Assembly: GCA_032718475.1 (NCBI GenBank)
Contig: JAUCBJ010008396.1
Span: forward strand, 42,977-106,976
Direction: 5' to 3'
Origin: Nemertoderma westbladi
Taxonomy: Eukaryota > Animalia > Xenacoelomorpha
DNA length: 64,000 bases
In this document: in pieces, positions 1 to 11,549 of the stretch
Layout of the letters: every line of letters begins with the position of its first letter
How positions within the stretch are numbered: position 1 is the stretch's first letter
Position numbers and translations under genes: made by a program
Notes under the pieces: model-generated
Database searches by the model: none
What the model saw: the letters and a program-made list of their open reading frames with translations, nothing else
What the model was told of the DNA's origin: nothing

Positions 1-196
1 GTCAACCAGGTTAGTTAATGTGTCTACCAGGTTTGTTGATGTGTCCACCAGGTTAGTTGATGTGTCCACCAGGTTAGTTGATGTATCCTCCAGGTTAGTT
101 GATGTGTCCACCAGGTTAGTTGATGTATCCTCCAGGTTAATGATATGTCTACCAGGTTAGTTGATGTGTCCACCAGGTTAGTTGATGGGTCTACCA

Positions 197-468
197 TGTG
201 GTATGTCGCAGTGTGCGAGTGGATACGGCGCCTGAACTGCTTACACAATAGTGTTTGGTGGTTCAGGTTCGAATCCGACTAAAGGCTGTAGAAATTTCGC
301 ACTTTTGTGTCCCTAGGCAAGACACTTTAGACATTAGTGCCTACGCCAACCCAGCGGTATAATGGGAACCTGGCTTTGCTGGGGTAATGATAATAAAAGC
401 GCTTTGAGTATGCTGAGCGTAGAAAAGCGCTATATAAATAACCAATATAATTATTATTATTATTATTA
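197..468 (+). mobile_element. tRNA-derived SINE, copy 1
   Basis: tRNA-like head GTCGCAGTGTGCGAGTGGATACGGCG (A-box-like) and B box GGTTCGAATCC at 266-276. Central GTGTCCCTAGGCAAGACACTT motif resembles conserved metazoan SINE cores. 3' end AAAGCGCTATATAAAT followed by an (ATT)n tail. Possible short TSD TACCA. Confidence 0.8.
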
Positions 469-721
469 CCAGGTTAGTTGATGTGTCTACCAGGTTAGTT
501 GATATGTCCACCAGGTTAGTTGATGTGTCCACCAGGTTAGTTGATGTGTCCTCCATGTTAATGATGTGTCCACCAGGTTAGTTGATGTGTCCACCAGGTT
601 AGCTAATGTGTCCACCAGGCTAGTTGATGTGTCCACCAGGTTAGTTGATGTATCCTCCAGGTTAATGATATGTCTACCAGGTTAGTTGATGTGTCCACCA
701 GGTTAGTTGATGGGTCTACCA

Positions 722-993
722 TGTGGTATGTCGCAGTGTGCGAGTGGATACGGCGCCTGAACTGCTTACACAATAGTGTTTGGTGGTTCAGGTTCGAATC
801 CGACTAAAGGCTGTAGAAATTTCGCACTTTTGTGTCCCTAGGCAAGACACTTTAGACATTAGTGCCTACGCCAACCCAGCGGTATAATGGGAACCTGGCT
901 TTGCTGGGGTAATGATAATAAAAGCGCTTTGAGTATGCTGAGCGTAGAAAAGCGCTATATAAATAACCAATATTATTATTATTATTATTATTA
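722..993 (+). mobile_element. tRNA-derived SINE, copy 2 (co-duplicated with minisatellite units, 525-bp offset)
   Basis: Essentially identical to 197-468, with the same flanking minisatellite variants (GATGGGTCTACCA upstream). Confidence 0.8.
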
Positions 994-2172
994 CCAGGTT
1001 AGTTGATGTGTCTACCAGGTTAGTTGATATGTCTACCAGGTTAGTTGATATGTCCACCAGGTTAGTTGATGTGTCCACCAGGTTAGTTGATGTGTCCTCC
1101 ATGTTAATGATGTGTCCACCAGGTTTGTTGATGTGTCCACCAGGTTAGTTGATGTGTCCAACAGGTTAGTTGATGTGTCCACCAAGTTAGTTGATGTGTC
1201 CACGGGGTTAGTTGATATGTCCACCAGGTTAGTTGATGTGTCCACCAGGTTAGTTGATGTGTCCAACAGGTTAGTTGATGTGTCCACCAAGTTAGTTGAT
1301 GTGTCCACGGGGTTAGTTGATATGTCCACCAGGTTAGTTGATGTGTCCACCAGGTTAGTTGATATGTCCACCAGGTTAGTTGATGTGTCCACCAGGTTAG
1401 TTGATGTGTCCTCCATGTTAATGATGTGTCCACCAGGTTTGTTGATGTGTCCACCAGGTTAGTTGATGTGTCCAACAGGTTAGTTGATGTGTCCACCAAG
1501 TTAGTTGATGTGTCCACGGGGTTAGTTGATATGTCCACCAGGTTAGTTGATGTGTCCACCAGGTTAGTTGATGTGTCCAACAGGTTAGTTGATTTGTCCA
1601 CCAAGTTAGTTGATGTGTCCACGGGGTTAGTTGATATGTCCACCAGGTTAGTTGATGTGTCCACCAGGTTAGTTGATGTGTCCAACAGGTTAGTTGATGT
1701 GTCCACCAGGTTAGTTAATGTGTCCACCAGGTTAGTTGATATGTCCACCAGGTTAGTTGATGTGTCCACCAGGTTTGTTGATGTGTCCACCAGGTTAGTT
1801 GATGTGTCCACCAGGTTTAGTTGATGTGTCCACCAGGTTAGTTAATGTGTCCACCAGGTTAGTTGATGTGTCCACCAAGTTAGTTGATGTGTCCACCAGG
1901 TTAGTTGATGTGTCCACCAGGTTTAGTTGATGTGTCCACCAGGTTAGTTGATGTGTCCACCAGGTTAGTTGATGTGTCCACCAGGTTAGTTGATGTGATT
2001 GATCCATTGATTTATTTATTTATTTGATTGTGATTGATCCATACTGTAGCTACAAACTCCAGTGACATCCAGAGGCCTACTTAGTAACAGTAATTCATTA
2101 ATTTATTTTACTTTGTTATTTAGCTTAAATTTAAATGTAAAATTTTCAATAACAGTGAATTGTTTTCTTTAG

Positions 2173-2288
2173 GTTGGGTTAAATCCAAAGCAACATCCAA
2201 TCTGTGTTCGCTGTGCAGAGTTGGAAGTTATTCTATCGCTGAAGGAGGACGATTCTGTAAACTTTGCCAACAAGGGTATTACTGTCCT
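2173..2288 (+). CDS. Internal exon of Cys-rich single-pass membrane protein (GWVKSKATSNLCSLCRVGSYSIAEGGRFCKLCQQGYYCP)
   Basis: TTTTCTTTAG acceptor and GTGAGT donor at 2289. CxxCxxGxY repeats resemble TNFR/ephrin-receptor-like (GCC2/GCC3) Cys-rich modules. Phase 0 end joins the next exon in frame. Confidence 0.8.
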
Positions 2289-2680
2289 GTGAGTATTTAT
2301 CATTATCAACTCCCACTGTTACCCCCTACTACTACATCCCACTAAACTGTTACGGTTGCACGTGCACCCCATATACGTTCAGCCCATATACGTTGAATCA
2401 ACGCCCCGCATACTGAAAGAACCTGAAATATTTTACTGATGGGTGATAATCGGCTTTACCACAGGAAAACATAGGAAAATTAAATGATTATATTAAAATT
2501 TAATTGATTTAAATTAAAAACAAATGAATTAAATGAAATTGCATCACCTTGCATAAGATCCCATTGTCACACGATCTTCAGTTGCGCTAAAAAACGTCAA
2601 GTTAATTGAACAGTATGAATGTGTTCCATGTCGTGTCCATATTGTCCACAAACTCACAATTCAATCTATTTATGTTTCAG

Positions 2681-2785
2681 TGTCCTCATTGCCAACCAGT
2701 TAAATGTGAACCGGATGCTTTCTGTCCACCTGAAAGTTCCTACCCCAGTTTCTGCCGCTACCCAATCTATCAAGTTGACAATCAT
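2681..2785 (+). CDS. Internal exon of Cys-rich membrane protein (CPHCQPVKCEPDAFCPPESSYPSFCRYPIYQVDNH)
   Basis: TATGTTTCAG acceptor; 105 nt, phase 0/0. The GTTAGT donor at 2786 coincides with the first unit of the 39-bp array. Confidence 0.8.
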
Positions 2786-3604
2786 GTTAGTTTGTACTGC
2801 ACCTAACTGTACCGGTACCATTATGTTAGTTTGTACTGCACCTAACTGTACCGGTACCATCATGTTAGTTTGTACTGCACCTAACTGTACCGGTACCATC
2901 ATGTTAGTTTGTACTGCACCTAACCGTACCGGTACCACCATGTTAGTTTGTACTGCACCTAACTGTACCGGTACCATCATGTTAGTTTGTACTGCACCTA
3001 ACTGTACCGGTACCATTATGTTAGTTTGTACTGCACCTAACTGTACCGGTACCATCATGTTAGTTTGTACTGCACCTAACTGTACCGGTACCATCATGTT
3101 AGTTTGTACTGCACCTAACTGTACCGGTACCATTATGTTAGTTTGTACTGCACCTAACTGTACCGGTACCATCATGTTAGTTTGTACTGCACCTAACTGT
3201 ACCGGTACCATCATGTTAGTTTGTACTGCACCTAACTGTACCGGTACCATTATGTTAGTTTGTACTGCACCTAACTGTACCGGTACCATCATGTTAGTTT
3301 GTACTGCACCTAACTGTACCGGTACCATCATGTTAGTTTGTACTGCACCTAACTGTACCGGTACCATTATGTTAGTTTGTACTGCACCTAACTGTACCGG
3401 TACCATCATGTTTCTTTGTACTGCACCTAACTGTACCGGTACCATTATGTTAGTTTGTACTGCACCTAACTGTACCGGTACCATTATGTTAGTTTGTACT
3501 GCACCTAACTGTACCGGTACCATTATGTTAGTTTGTACTGCACCTAACTGTACCGGTACCATTATGTTAGGTTGTACTGCACCTAACTGTACCGGTACCA
3601 TTAT
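2783..3604 (+). repeat. 39-bp minisatellite (CATGTTAGTTTGTACTGCACCTAACTGTACCGGTACCAT, with a C/T variant), about 21 copies, intronic
   Basis: Near-perfect tandem units beginning at the exon/intron boundary. Each unit contains the palindrome GTACCGGTAC. Confidence 0.95.
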
Positions 3605-4189
3605 CTCAGTTTTCGACTCCATTTAATCATAATTGTAGGGGCGTCCGGTTATCCGAATGAGCAGTATATCGATTCAGCAGTGTAACAATATGAAAAATGG
3701 ATAAATATTGTTATAGATGTATAATTTGGAGACTGGGGGGGGGGGGGGGGGGGGGATCTGGACGCAAATCCCATCTTAGCGAATTAATATCCTGCCTCAA
3801 CAGTTCCAGTTACAGTTACAGTGCACGTTATTTTAACCTAAACAATGAACTAAGCACAATAGAACAGGTTATAGTTTTATTTTTGAGAATAATCAGCTGT
3901 TATTTGCGTCGAATTTCCCCTGGAGAGGAATTAATTTTTATCCAGTCCCCCCTCCCCTCTATCTGATAATTTCTTATGAACAGTATCCATAAGTAAGCTT
4001 AAGTAAGTTTATATCACAACAGATACCACGTTGTAAATTTCTAATGACTATTAGATTATTATTCTTTTAGAGGAAAAACATCAATCCAAAGATGAGATAT
4101 TTAACAAAGTTTCACAATTTTTTTCTCGCTTCATCAAAAGTCCTGTTCAAATTATAAATTATTTCAAATATTATAATTATTTATTGCAG

Positions 4190-4241
4190 CGGTGCATACC
4201 ATCAACTGGGTTCGTTATTATTGTCGCAGGGGGTTGTGCCA
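4190..4241 (+). CDS. Internal exon, start of the TM helix (RCIPSTGFVIIVAGGCA)
   Basis: TTATTGCAG acceptor, GTAAGT donor at 4242, phase 0/1, in frame with both neighbours. Confidence 0.75.
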
Positions 4242-4443
4242 GTAAGTGTCTCTAAGTAGGCCTAATACTATAATCTCTCGTGTGTTAGTCTGTCGGTTGG
4301 CATGGTAATGATTAATCTAAGAACGACCATCATAGGGTTTCTGGATTGCCCGAAATTCGCGTTTCTAACCGAAACTCAGTATGTATCCCACAACATCGGT
4401 TTAATTAAAGTAAATAGGGCTATAATGTTATTGTATTTTTCAG

Positions 4444-4589
4444 TTATTTTGACGTTGTGTCTCGTGGCTATTATGGCATATCTTCGTCACAAAAAAAGGT
4501 TGAGGTCGAGAATGTCCTCCAGCGAAATACGCCCCCTAGCGGGAACCGCAAGTAAAAGCAGGAATTACGTCATTTATGAAGGATTTTAA
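4444..4589 (+). CDS. Terminal exon: end of TM helix plus cytoplasmic tail (IILTLCLVAIMAYLRHKKRLRSRMSSSEIRPLAGTASKSRNYVIYEGF*)
   Basis: TATTTTTCAG acceptor; phase 1 matches the previous exon. Hydrophobic stretch followed by basic stop-transfer RHKKR; TAA stop. AATAAA motifs lie about 95-130 nt downstream. Confidence 0.8.
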
Positions 4590-5563
4590 ACGAAGAAAAT
4601 GAAAGTCGATAAAGAAACGCAGAAGATTAATCTATTTTTGTACAAACCTAATTAACTCGGTGCTCATTAACTCATTCACTATAATAAATATTTTAATATT
4701 AATAAATTTAACTCGTCGAATAAATTCACTTTGATGATATATAATCATATTGTTATTCCTTTGGTGACGATTGCGGTTGTTTTGGACGACAACAACAATG
4801 AGCGAATACAGATGAATATCAATGTTCCAGTAGTTGATCCACTTTAAATTTTGTTGAAATCAGCGTCAACATTGCAACTTCGGTCGGTTGAACTATTTTA
4901 ACATGTCTTGATAAAATCAGCTTCCCTGAAAATCGTCATAATCTAAAAAGAACAAATTTTTGGGTTAGAGTAAAACACAGATCCGGATTCTACACTTAAC
5001 ATTGTCCCTACTATACGGAAGTCGATTGTTTTTACATTTTTATAACTCCCAAAAATAAAACTATAATCTGTTCTATTGACTTTAGTTTACTGTTTTGGTT
5101 AAAATAACGTGCCACTGTAACCTGCTCCTTTCCCTTAATTGATAATTTTGGAATCCGGATCCGGATCCGCTTTTTACACCCCAAATTTTAACTAATAAAA
5201 TCATTTGAAAAGTTTTGGCACTTCTTTCATTCACCCATTTTTCCATTAGAAGCAGCAATTCTAACTTTACAGAAGGTAACATCACTTTTGAGAATGTCTA
5301 ACAAGTAATATCGAATAGAGACGTTGTTTAGTGATAGTGATGCTATCAGACAGTAATCGATCCTTGTTGATGAGTTTCTCACGTGAGCCTTAAAAAATTG
5401 TAAACAATAAACTCAACAGAATATCAGATTCAGCTGTTTTACTTTACTTAAATAGTAGGTGATAAATATTCATATTGCCTATGGTGTGCCTTACATTTAA
5501 TACTTCGTGAAGTGTAAATCTCCCTCTATATATATTTCAAATGGAGTGAGAGCGTAAAAGAAA

Positions 5564-5755
5564 AACTACCATGGCCTCAGACTCCACTGACGCTCAATCA
5601 CAGATCTCGAATACAATATACGGGGGTATTTCATATGACAACACTATTATTTAGTGTCTCGAATAACTACCATGGCCTCAGACTCCACTGACGCTCAATC
5701 ACAGATCTCGAATACAATATACGGGGGTATTTCATATGACAACACTATTATTTAG
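5564..5755 (+). repeat. ~101-bp tandem duplication; the second unit is interrupted by the LTR element
   Basis: AACTACCATGGCCTCAGACTCC... occurs at 5564 and 5665. Unit 1 continues TTTAG-TGTCTC; unit 2 continues TTTAG-[element]-TTTAG-TATCTC at 11550. Confidence 0.85.
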
Positions 5756-6029
5756 TATTACGTTCTCATGTAAGTACAGAAGTAAGTAGTAATGAAGTAG
5801 GTTCTTCACGATATAACTTCCTTGATATATATTAGTCTTATAGATAGAACAGTACAACAGTAGAGCACTGACTACACCGTCACCAATCACATACAGCAGT
5901 ACAGACATATGAATCCTGCAGTCCTGTAAATATGGTAATGTATGTATCTCCTACAGTACCGGTAACTATCTACCAAGCACCAGCACACAGAACGAACTTA
6001 GGTCCTATGAAATAGATAATAATATAACA
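5756..6029 (-). repeat. 3' LTR (274 bp), termini TG...TA on the element strand
   Basis: Direct repeat of 10874-11549, preceded on the minus strand by the polypurine tract at 6030-6040. Confidence 0.9.
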
Positions 6030-6062
6030 TCTCCCTTTTTATGAGTTATTTGATGAATCAAA

Positions 6063-9000
6063 TCAACTAGTAAATAGAATACCAAATATATATATGTATA
6101 TATAGTAAATACTATATTTAATAAGTTTGAGCAGTGATGCCATGTAGGACACAGTATAACGGTCAGGAATTTTCCGTGTTCTAGAACTGCGTCGAAACTC
6201 CTCATGGTCATTCACATTCCCACATCCAGTAGCGGTTGGTTTGTCCACAACATCATTTGTAGCTCCTTTAAAAACGCGCAACAACCTCCTGTTACGCCAA
6301 TATGTTCTCCCAGACTTCAGTTTCACTCAGTAACCACGATAAAAATCAGATTCTACCATAATACCAATTTTATTTCATCTCTTTGATGCGTTATCTTGAA
6401 TAGTGACTTGACATCCGATATCGAGAGGTTTCAATGGTTGAGCAGTTCTGTCATAAAGGAGTTTTGATGAATCTCGGATATTAGCAGCTTTAATGTCAGC
6501 TTCTTCTACTGAAATTTGCCAATCTCTAGAGAAAGCTGACCAATGAGTTGGCACTTTAGAGCGTATGGGATGGCCATATACACGCTGGGCCGGCGATAGA
6601 CCATCTGATATTGGAGTATTTCTTAACTCCAATAGTCCGGCTTGGAAGGAATCCGAGTTTATTTTTCCGCCAGACTTAGCAACCAATCCTTTGATAGATT
6701 TGACATGCACTTCCGCATGACCATTAGATTGGGGATAGTAAGGGCTGCTCGGAGCCCATTTAACAGACCACAACTTCTAAAATTTCTGAAATTCATCTGC
6801 TTTAAATTGGGGGCCACCATCTGTCCGAATGCGAACTGGTACCCCTGTTTGTACAAATTAGGAACGAATTACTTTGATTAATTGTGTGGCACTTGGTGAT
6901 CTACCAAATTCATGAATAAATGGGAAACCACTTAATCGATCAACATACAGCAAGAACTCAACCCCACTGTATTGAAAAAGATCGCATGAAACAGATTCAA
7001 AAACGCGGGAAGGGATCTCATCCCTCATTAGAGATTCCTTAGGAAGACTTGGTAAGCGTTTGGCACATTGTATACAATTCTCAACTGTGGTCTTCACATC
7101 ATTGTTCATGCCAGGCCAATAAACGACTTATCTTGCGCGTTTGTCCTGTCGATCCCCTGATGGCTTTCATGTAATCTAGACAAAACCATCTTAATATAAT
7201 TAGGAGGTATAACAATTCGAGAATTTCTCAAAATTAAACCATTATCGATACTCAGTTCTTTCCATATCGATTTAAACAATAATACCTAGGGATTACTTCC
7301 ACTTTCATTATAATCTGAGGCCACAGCTTGTAAAAGTTCCTGATATTTCAAATCAGCTTTCCCATACTCGCGCAATTCTTGTAGAATTTGATCACCATAA
7401 ACATCATTTATTTCTCCGTCCGATTTAATGTTACAAGCAGAAATTTGGATACATGCATTTAACATCTCTTGATTATTCGAGTGTTCATGACAGTCTTCAA
7501 GAGTGGGATCATCAACAGGATAGCGTGATAATGTGTCTGGAACACAATGATTTTTACCTTTAATCCATTTTAAGGTACACTGGAATACAGATAATTTCTC
7601 CTTGTAGTTTTGGAGTCGAATATTATCAATAGTATCCATTGTAAAGTCATTGAAAATTGGGATCAGTGGTTTATGATCCACAAAGACGGTATAGTTAGGT
7701 AAACCCATGAGAAATAGTCGACATTTTAATGTAGCCCATACAATGGCAAGAGCTTCAAGCTCTATAATAGCATATTTCGTCTCGGCCGGTTGAAGGAATC
7801 TAGATCCGCATTGAATAAGTTTCCAAAACCCATTCTGGTTTTGTAGTAATGCGAATTCAAGACCTTTTGTTCGTGCAGCATCAGTCTGTAAGACTGTCTA
7901 ACTGAAAGACTGTCTAAGGGTCAAACTGAGAAAGTACCGGTGTACTTACCAAAGCTTTGTTCACTGAATTAAATGCTTTGGTATGATTTGCATTCCAGGT
8001 AAATTCATTTTTAATCTTAACAAGATCTCTCAGGGGCTCTGCTGCTCCAGCAATCTCAGTAGCAAATTGGCCTAGCTGGTTAACTAAACCAAGAAAAGAT
8101 CGGAGATCTGTTCTAGTTGTTGGTACTGGGAAATCCGCAATGGCATTAACTTTACAAGGATCTGCTTCATAACCACCTTGTTTAACATGGTATCCAACAA
8201 AGTCTATCTCATCAGCAGCAAATTTGCACTTATCACCATTAATTGTTATACCATGTTTTGCACACCGTTCTAGAACATCACAAGTTATATTAATAGTCTC
8301 TCTGTGTGTGTCACCATCCAGCGCAATATCATCTACAACTTTATTTAATCTATTGATACCACTGAATGCAATATCACCATGCAAACTGTAAGAATCACCA
8401 GATCCCACAAATCCCATTTGGGCCCGAAGAAATTTGTTCCTTCCCCAAGGCGTAATAAATGTAGTAAACTCTTGAAACTTTGTATCCAAGGGCAATTGCC
8501 AGTAGCCCTTAGTTGCATCTAATTTGGTAAAATACTTTGCAGTAGGTTTTATCCCAGAAACCGCAGTAAATGGGGTTTTCGTAGGATGAACAGGTCGTTT
8601 AACTTGATGGTTCAACTTTGTAAGGTCGACACACATTCTTATCTTACCCCCAGGTTTAGGGGCAACCACCAAGGGGTGGCACCAATAAGTAGGTATATCT
8701 CCTACTTCTGATATAATGCCACGCTTTAACATGTAATCAAGTTCATTTCGAACTCTATCTCGTAATGCAAATGGTATTGGCCTGGCCGCATGCACTGCAA
8801 ATGGCGATGCGTCTGGTAAGAGTTCAATTTTCATAGGTGCTCCAATTTGAGATCCAACCATGGGATGCAATGTATCAGAATCATCAAAAACTGACTTGTA
8901 TATGTTTTTGAGTTTTGTTTCGACTGCTGATCTGAGTTGTGGTGAAGGGTTATCAGCAGGTAAACTTTTAATCCAAGCAGATCGTTTTTCTGTATCAAAC

Positions 9001-9290
9001 ACTATTTCTTGTCTGCCCGAAACAGTAGCAACATATATTAATTTCCCATCATCTCCCTGTGGAGTAGGGAAATCTTGTGGAATTGTTAGAAGTGATGCAC
9101 AAACTTCATGGGATAAATATAAACCTTTAATCCCTCTACAAACATTAATTATAGTATCAACTGTACGCTGATATCCATCAACTGATATTTGAGCTCTAAA
9201 TGTTCCAATTTTTTTGAGAGTATGATTTTCAACAGAAACTAATCTATCATTAGTTGGAGGAGCAAGGCAAGATAGTGTAATATCATTCAA
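6063..9290 (-). pseudogene. pol: Disrupted pol: RT (7914-9290), RNase H (~7286-7900), integrase (~6063-7200)
   Basis: RT motifs RMCVDLTKLN, KLDATKGYWQ, TTFITPWG, VVDD and LRSFLGLVN. RNase H motifs VFVDHKPL and VPDTLSR. Integrase motifs CIQC, SCDLF, SPYYPQSNGHAE and LRNTP...SPAQ. Broken into several ORFs by stops and frameshifts. Confidence 0.9.
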
Positions 9291-10483
9291 TAAATAAATA
9301 TCTTCACCAGTATCTGTACACCAGTATCTTCATCAGTACACTCTGCACCAGTATCAGGGTGTGCTATCACAATTCCCAAAATGTTGTTATTCTTTGGATC
9401 AGCAATTTTAACATGTAAAATATGGCTGCTTGTAACTCCAGCAGATTGTCTAATAACATTAACCTTTTTCGAATTTTTATTCGAACTTTGCCCATCCCGG
9501 GTACGTTGCAAACAGACACGTTTGTAATGACCAACCCGTTTCCAATACTGGCATTCAGAATTTAATGCGGGGCATTTTCTCAAATCTTCATGGAGATCAA
9601 ATCCACACCGGAAACAAAATTTCTTTGCATTATTTCCAATAGTGATATCGTTATGTAGTAAGTGTTTCTCGGCATTTGATCTGTTGTTTGTTGCGGGTTT
9701 AAAAGAAGTAGAAGTTGTAACTTTTGAATTAGGAGGTTTGAACCCTCTATCCTTATTTTGCTTATATTTAGTCTTGTGTTTAGTAGCAGAAATTTCATAT
9801 TTATTGTCACTAATTTGCTTTGAATCCCTCTTTGCTGCTTCAGTAGATCGCAAAAATTCAAAAGTATCTTTAAAATTTAGTGCCGGTTTTTTTGCAATAA
9901 CCTTAGCACGAGCTGACTCGTCTTTAAGACCCTCAAGAATTGCAGTGGTTAAAATACTGTATGTAACATTTTGAACATCAGCATATTCAGCAAGTTCAGT
10001 AACACGTGTATAATATTTATAAATTGACTCACCTTCTTCTTGTTTTACAGTGAGAAGGTTTCTCCAATCTACATTTGGGTTGCGATCACACCTTAACTAA
10101 TTGCTAATTTCGTTAATAACTTCATCCAATGTCATAGATGTATTATGAGGTATCTCAATAACTCGTCGCACTGTATTCAGGAAATCTGGATGACAGTGAC
10201 TAAAAAATGCAGCAATCTGATCCTCCCTAGGAGATTTATAGATCTTAGTTAGTTGAAAGTAAGGCCTCCAAACTTCTAACCAACGTTGAAACTTTTGGAA
10301 ATCTGTTCCATCCTCTAGGGCTGGCGGATCAGCAACTATTGGCCGTGCAGAATGGCCAATTTCCAGCAGAGACATTGGTGGAATTTTGTCATCAAGGGAA
10401 CTCGCAGTGTGGTCCCTCCTCGAACCGGTAGAAACTGTATTTTTGTGAAGCTCATCTTCAAATCTATCCATATAAGAATACAT
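9287..10483 (-). pseudogene. gag: Disrupted gag plus aspartic protease
   Basis: Tandem zinc-knuckle-like CFRCGFDLHEDLRKC and CQYWKRVGHYKRVC; protease catalytic motif DTGA; in-frame stop at 10097-10099. Confidence 0.8.
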
Positions 10484-10862
10484 TTCAATAACTAAACCGG
10501 CAGTCGATTAAATATAATTATCATGTGTATCAATGTCATCTATCCGGTTTTCTAAAACTTTAACATCAGTGCTGCAGTGTGATGTGAAATCACCAAACCC
10601 AAAACATTTTCAGCCGATTCAATGCATCGCTTCATCATACGGAGAATTCAATGCGACCAAGTAGCAGTTTCTGAACCCTGAAAAGCGTCTACGGATTTCT
10701 GGCAATTTCGTAAATGCATTGTAACTTAGCCTTTCTGAGCAGTACGTTTCCCTATGGCCGACCGAATATTTTCTGCAGACATCTGCGGAATTCAAAGTTC
10801 TCAGAAACGCTGTCAGCAGTCTATCTGGAAGAATCGTGATCGCGCACTGTCTAAGTACGCCA

Positions 10863-10873
10863 CAACTGCGCCA
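10863..10873 (-). promoter_or_regulatory. Primer binding site TGGCGCAGTTG (probably tRNA-Ser)
   Basis: Begins with TGG immediately after the 5' LTR and is complementary to a tRNA 3' end ...ACUGCGCCA. The tRNA identity is inferred. Confidence 0.7.
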
Positions 10874-11549
10874 TATTACGTTCTCATGTAAGTACAGAAG
10901 TAAGTAGTAATGAAGTAGGTTCTTCACGATATAACTTCCTTGATATACAGTATATTAGTCTTATATAATATATAGATACTGTAGAACAGTACAACAGTAG
11001 AGCACTGACTACACCGTCACCAATCACATACAGCAATACAGACAGACAATGTCGAGTTAATATTAAGTATTATTATTTTAAACATAGTCATATCTCGGGA
11101 GATATTGTTAATATACACTGGAATCGTCTTAACTATTGTGATTATTTTAACATGCAAGATATTTGTGTCAATATTTTTATGTGCAATAATGGCCTTAGTT
11201 GTATTGTGTCTACATATTGGTATGGCGACTGTACTTATAATGATAATACCGTTACTGATTTTAATATATAAACCATTTTATTATGATATATTTTATTGTA
11301 GTAATAAGCGTCATAGGGCCAAATTGCAAATTGTCAAGTATAAAAAAAGTAGCGAGATAAGAAACTGGACAATAAATCACCGTACACCGTCACCAATCAC
11401 ATACAGCAATACAGACATAAGAATCCTGCAGTCCTGTAAATATGGTAATGTACAGTATGTATCTCCTGCAGTACCGGTAACTATCTACTGTACCAAGCAC
11501 CAGCACACAGAACGAACTTAGGTCCTATGAAATAGATAATAATATAACA
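10874..11549 (-). repeat. 5' LTR, expanded by a 338-bp insert with 35-bp flanking direct repeats and several 5-bp insertions
   Basis: Aligns with 5756-6029 on both sides of 11045-11382. Confidence 0.9.

Larger units (their letters stand above)
1..1997 (+). repeat. 21-bp minisatellite (consensus CCACCAGGTTAGTTGATGTGT), intronic, interrupted by two SINE copies and truncated by the window start
   Basis: Tandem units read directly, with variants such as CCAACAGG, CCACGGGG and GATATG. A ~314-bp higher-order duplication is visible (ORF starts 1112 vs 1426). The array lies upstream of the exon acceptor at 2171-2172. Confidence 0.95.
5756..11549 (-). mobile_element. Ty3/Gypsy LTR retrotransposon (Mag-like), full length but decayed
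   Basis: LTRs at 5756-6029 and 10874-11549. 5-bp TSD TTTAG at 5751-5755 and 11550-11554. PBS TGGCGCAGTTG next to the 5' LTR and PPT AAAAAGGGAGA next to the 3' LTR. Domain order is gag-PR-RT-RNaseH-IN. Confidence 0.95.

Noticed and set aside
197-290. Functional tRNA gene
   Set aside because: A and B boxes are present, but I could not fold a convincing cloverleaf. The sequence continues into a SINE body and (ATT)n tail.
2619-3626. 335-aa Cys-rich repeat ORF and 318-aa antisense ORF
   Set aside because: Products of the 39-bp minisatellite. The true exon uses a different frame and ends at the donor at 2786.
10619-10927. 102-aa ORF at the 5' end of the LTR element
   Set aside because: It spans the LTR, PBS and leader with no recognisable motif; likely incidental.
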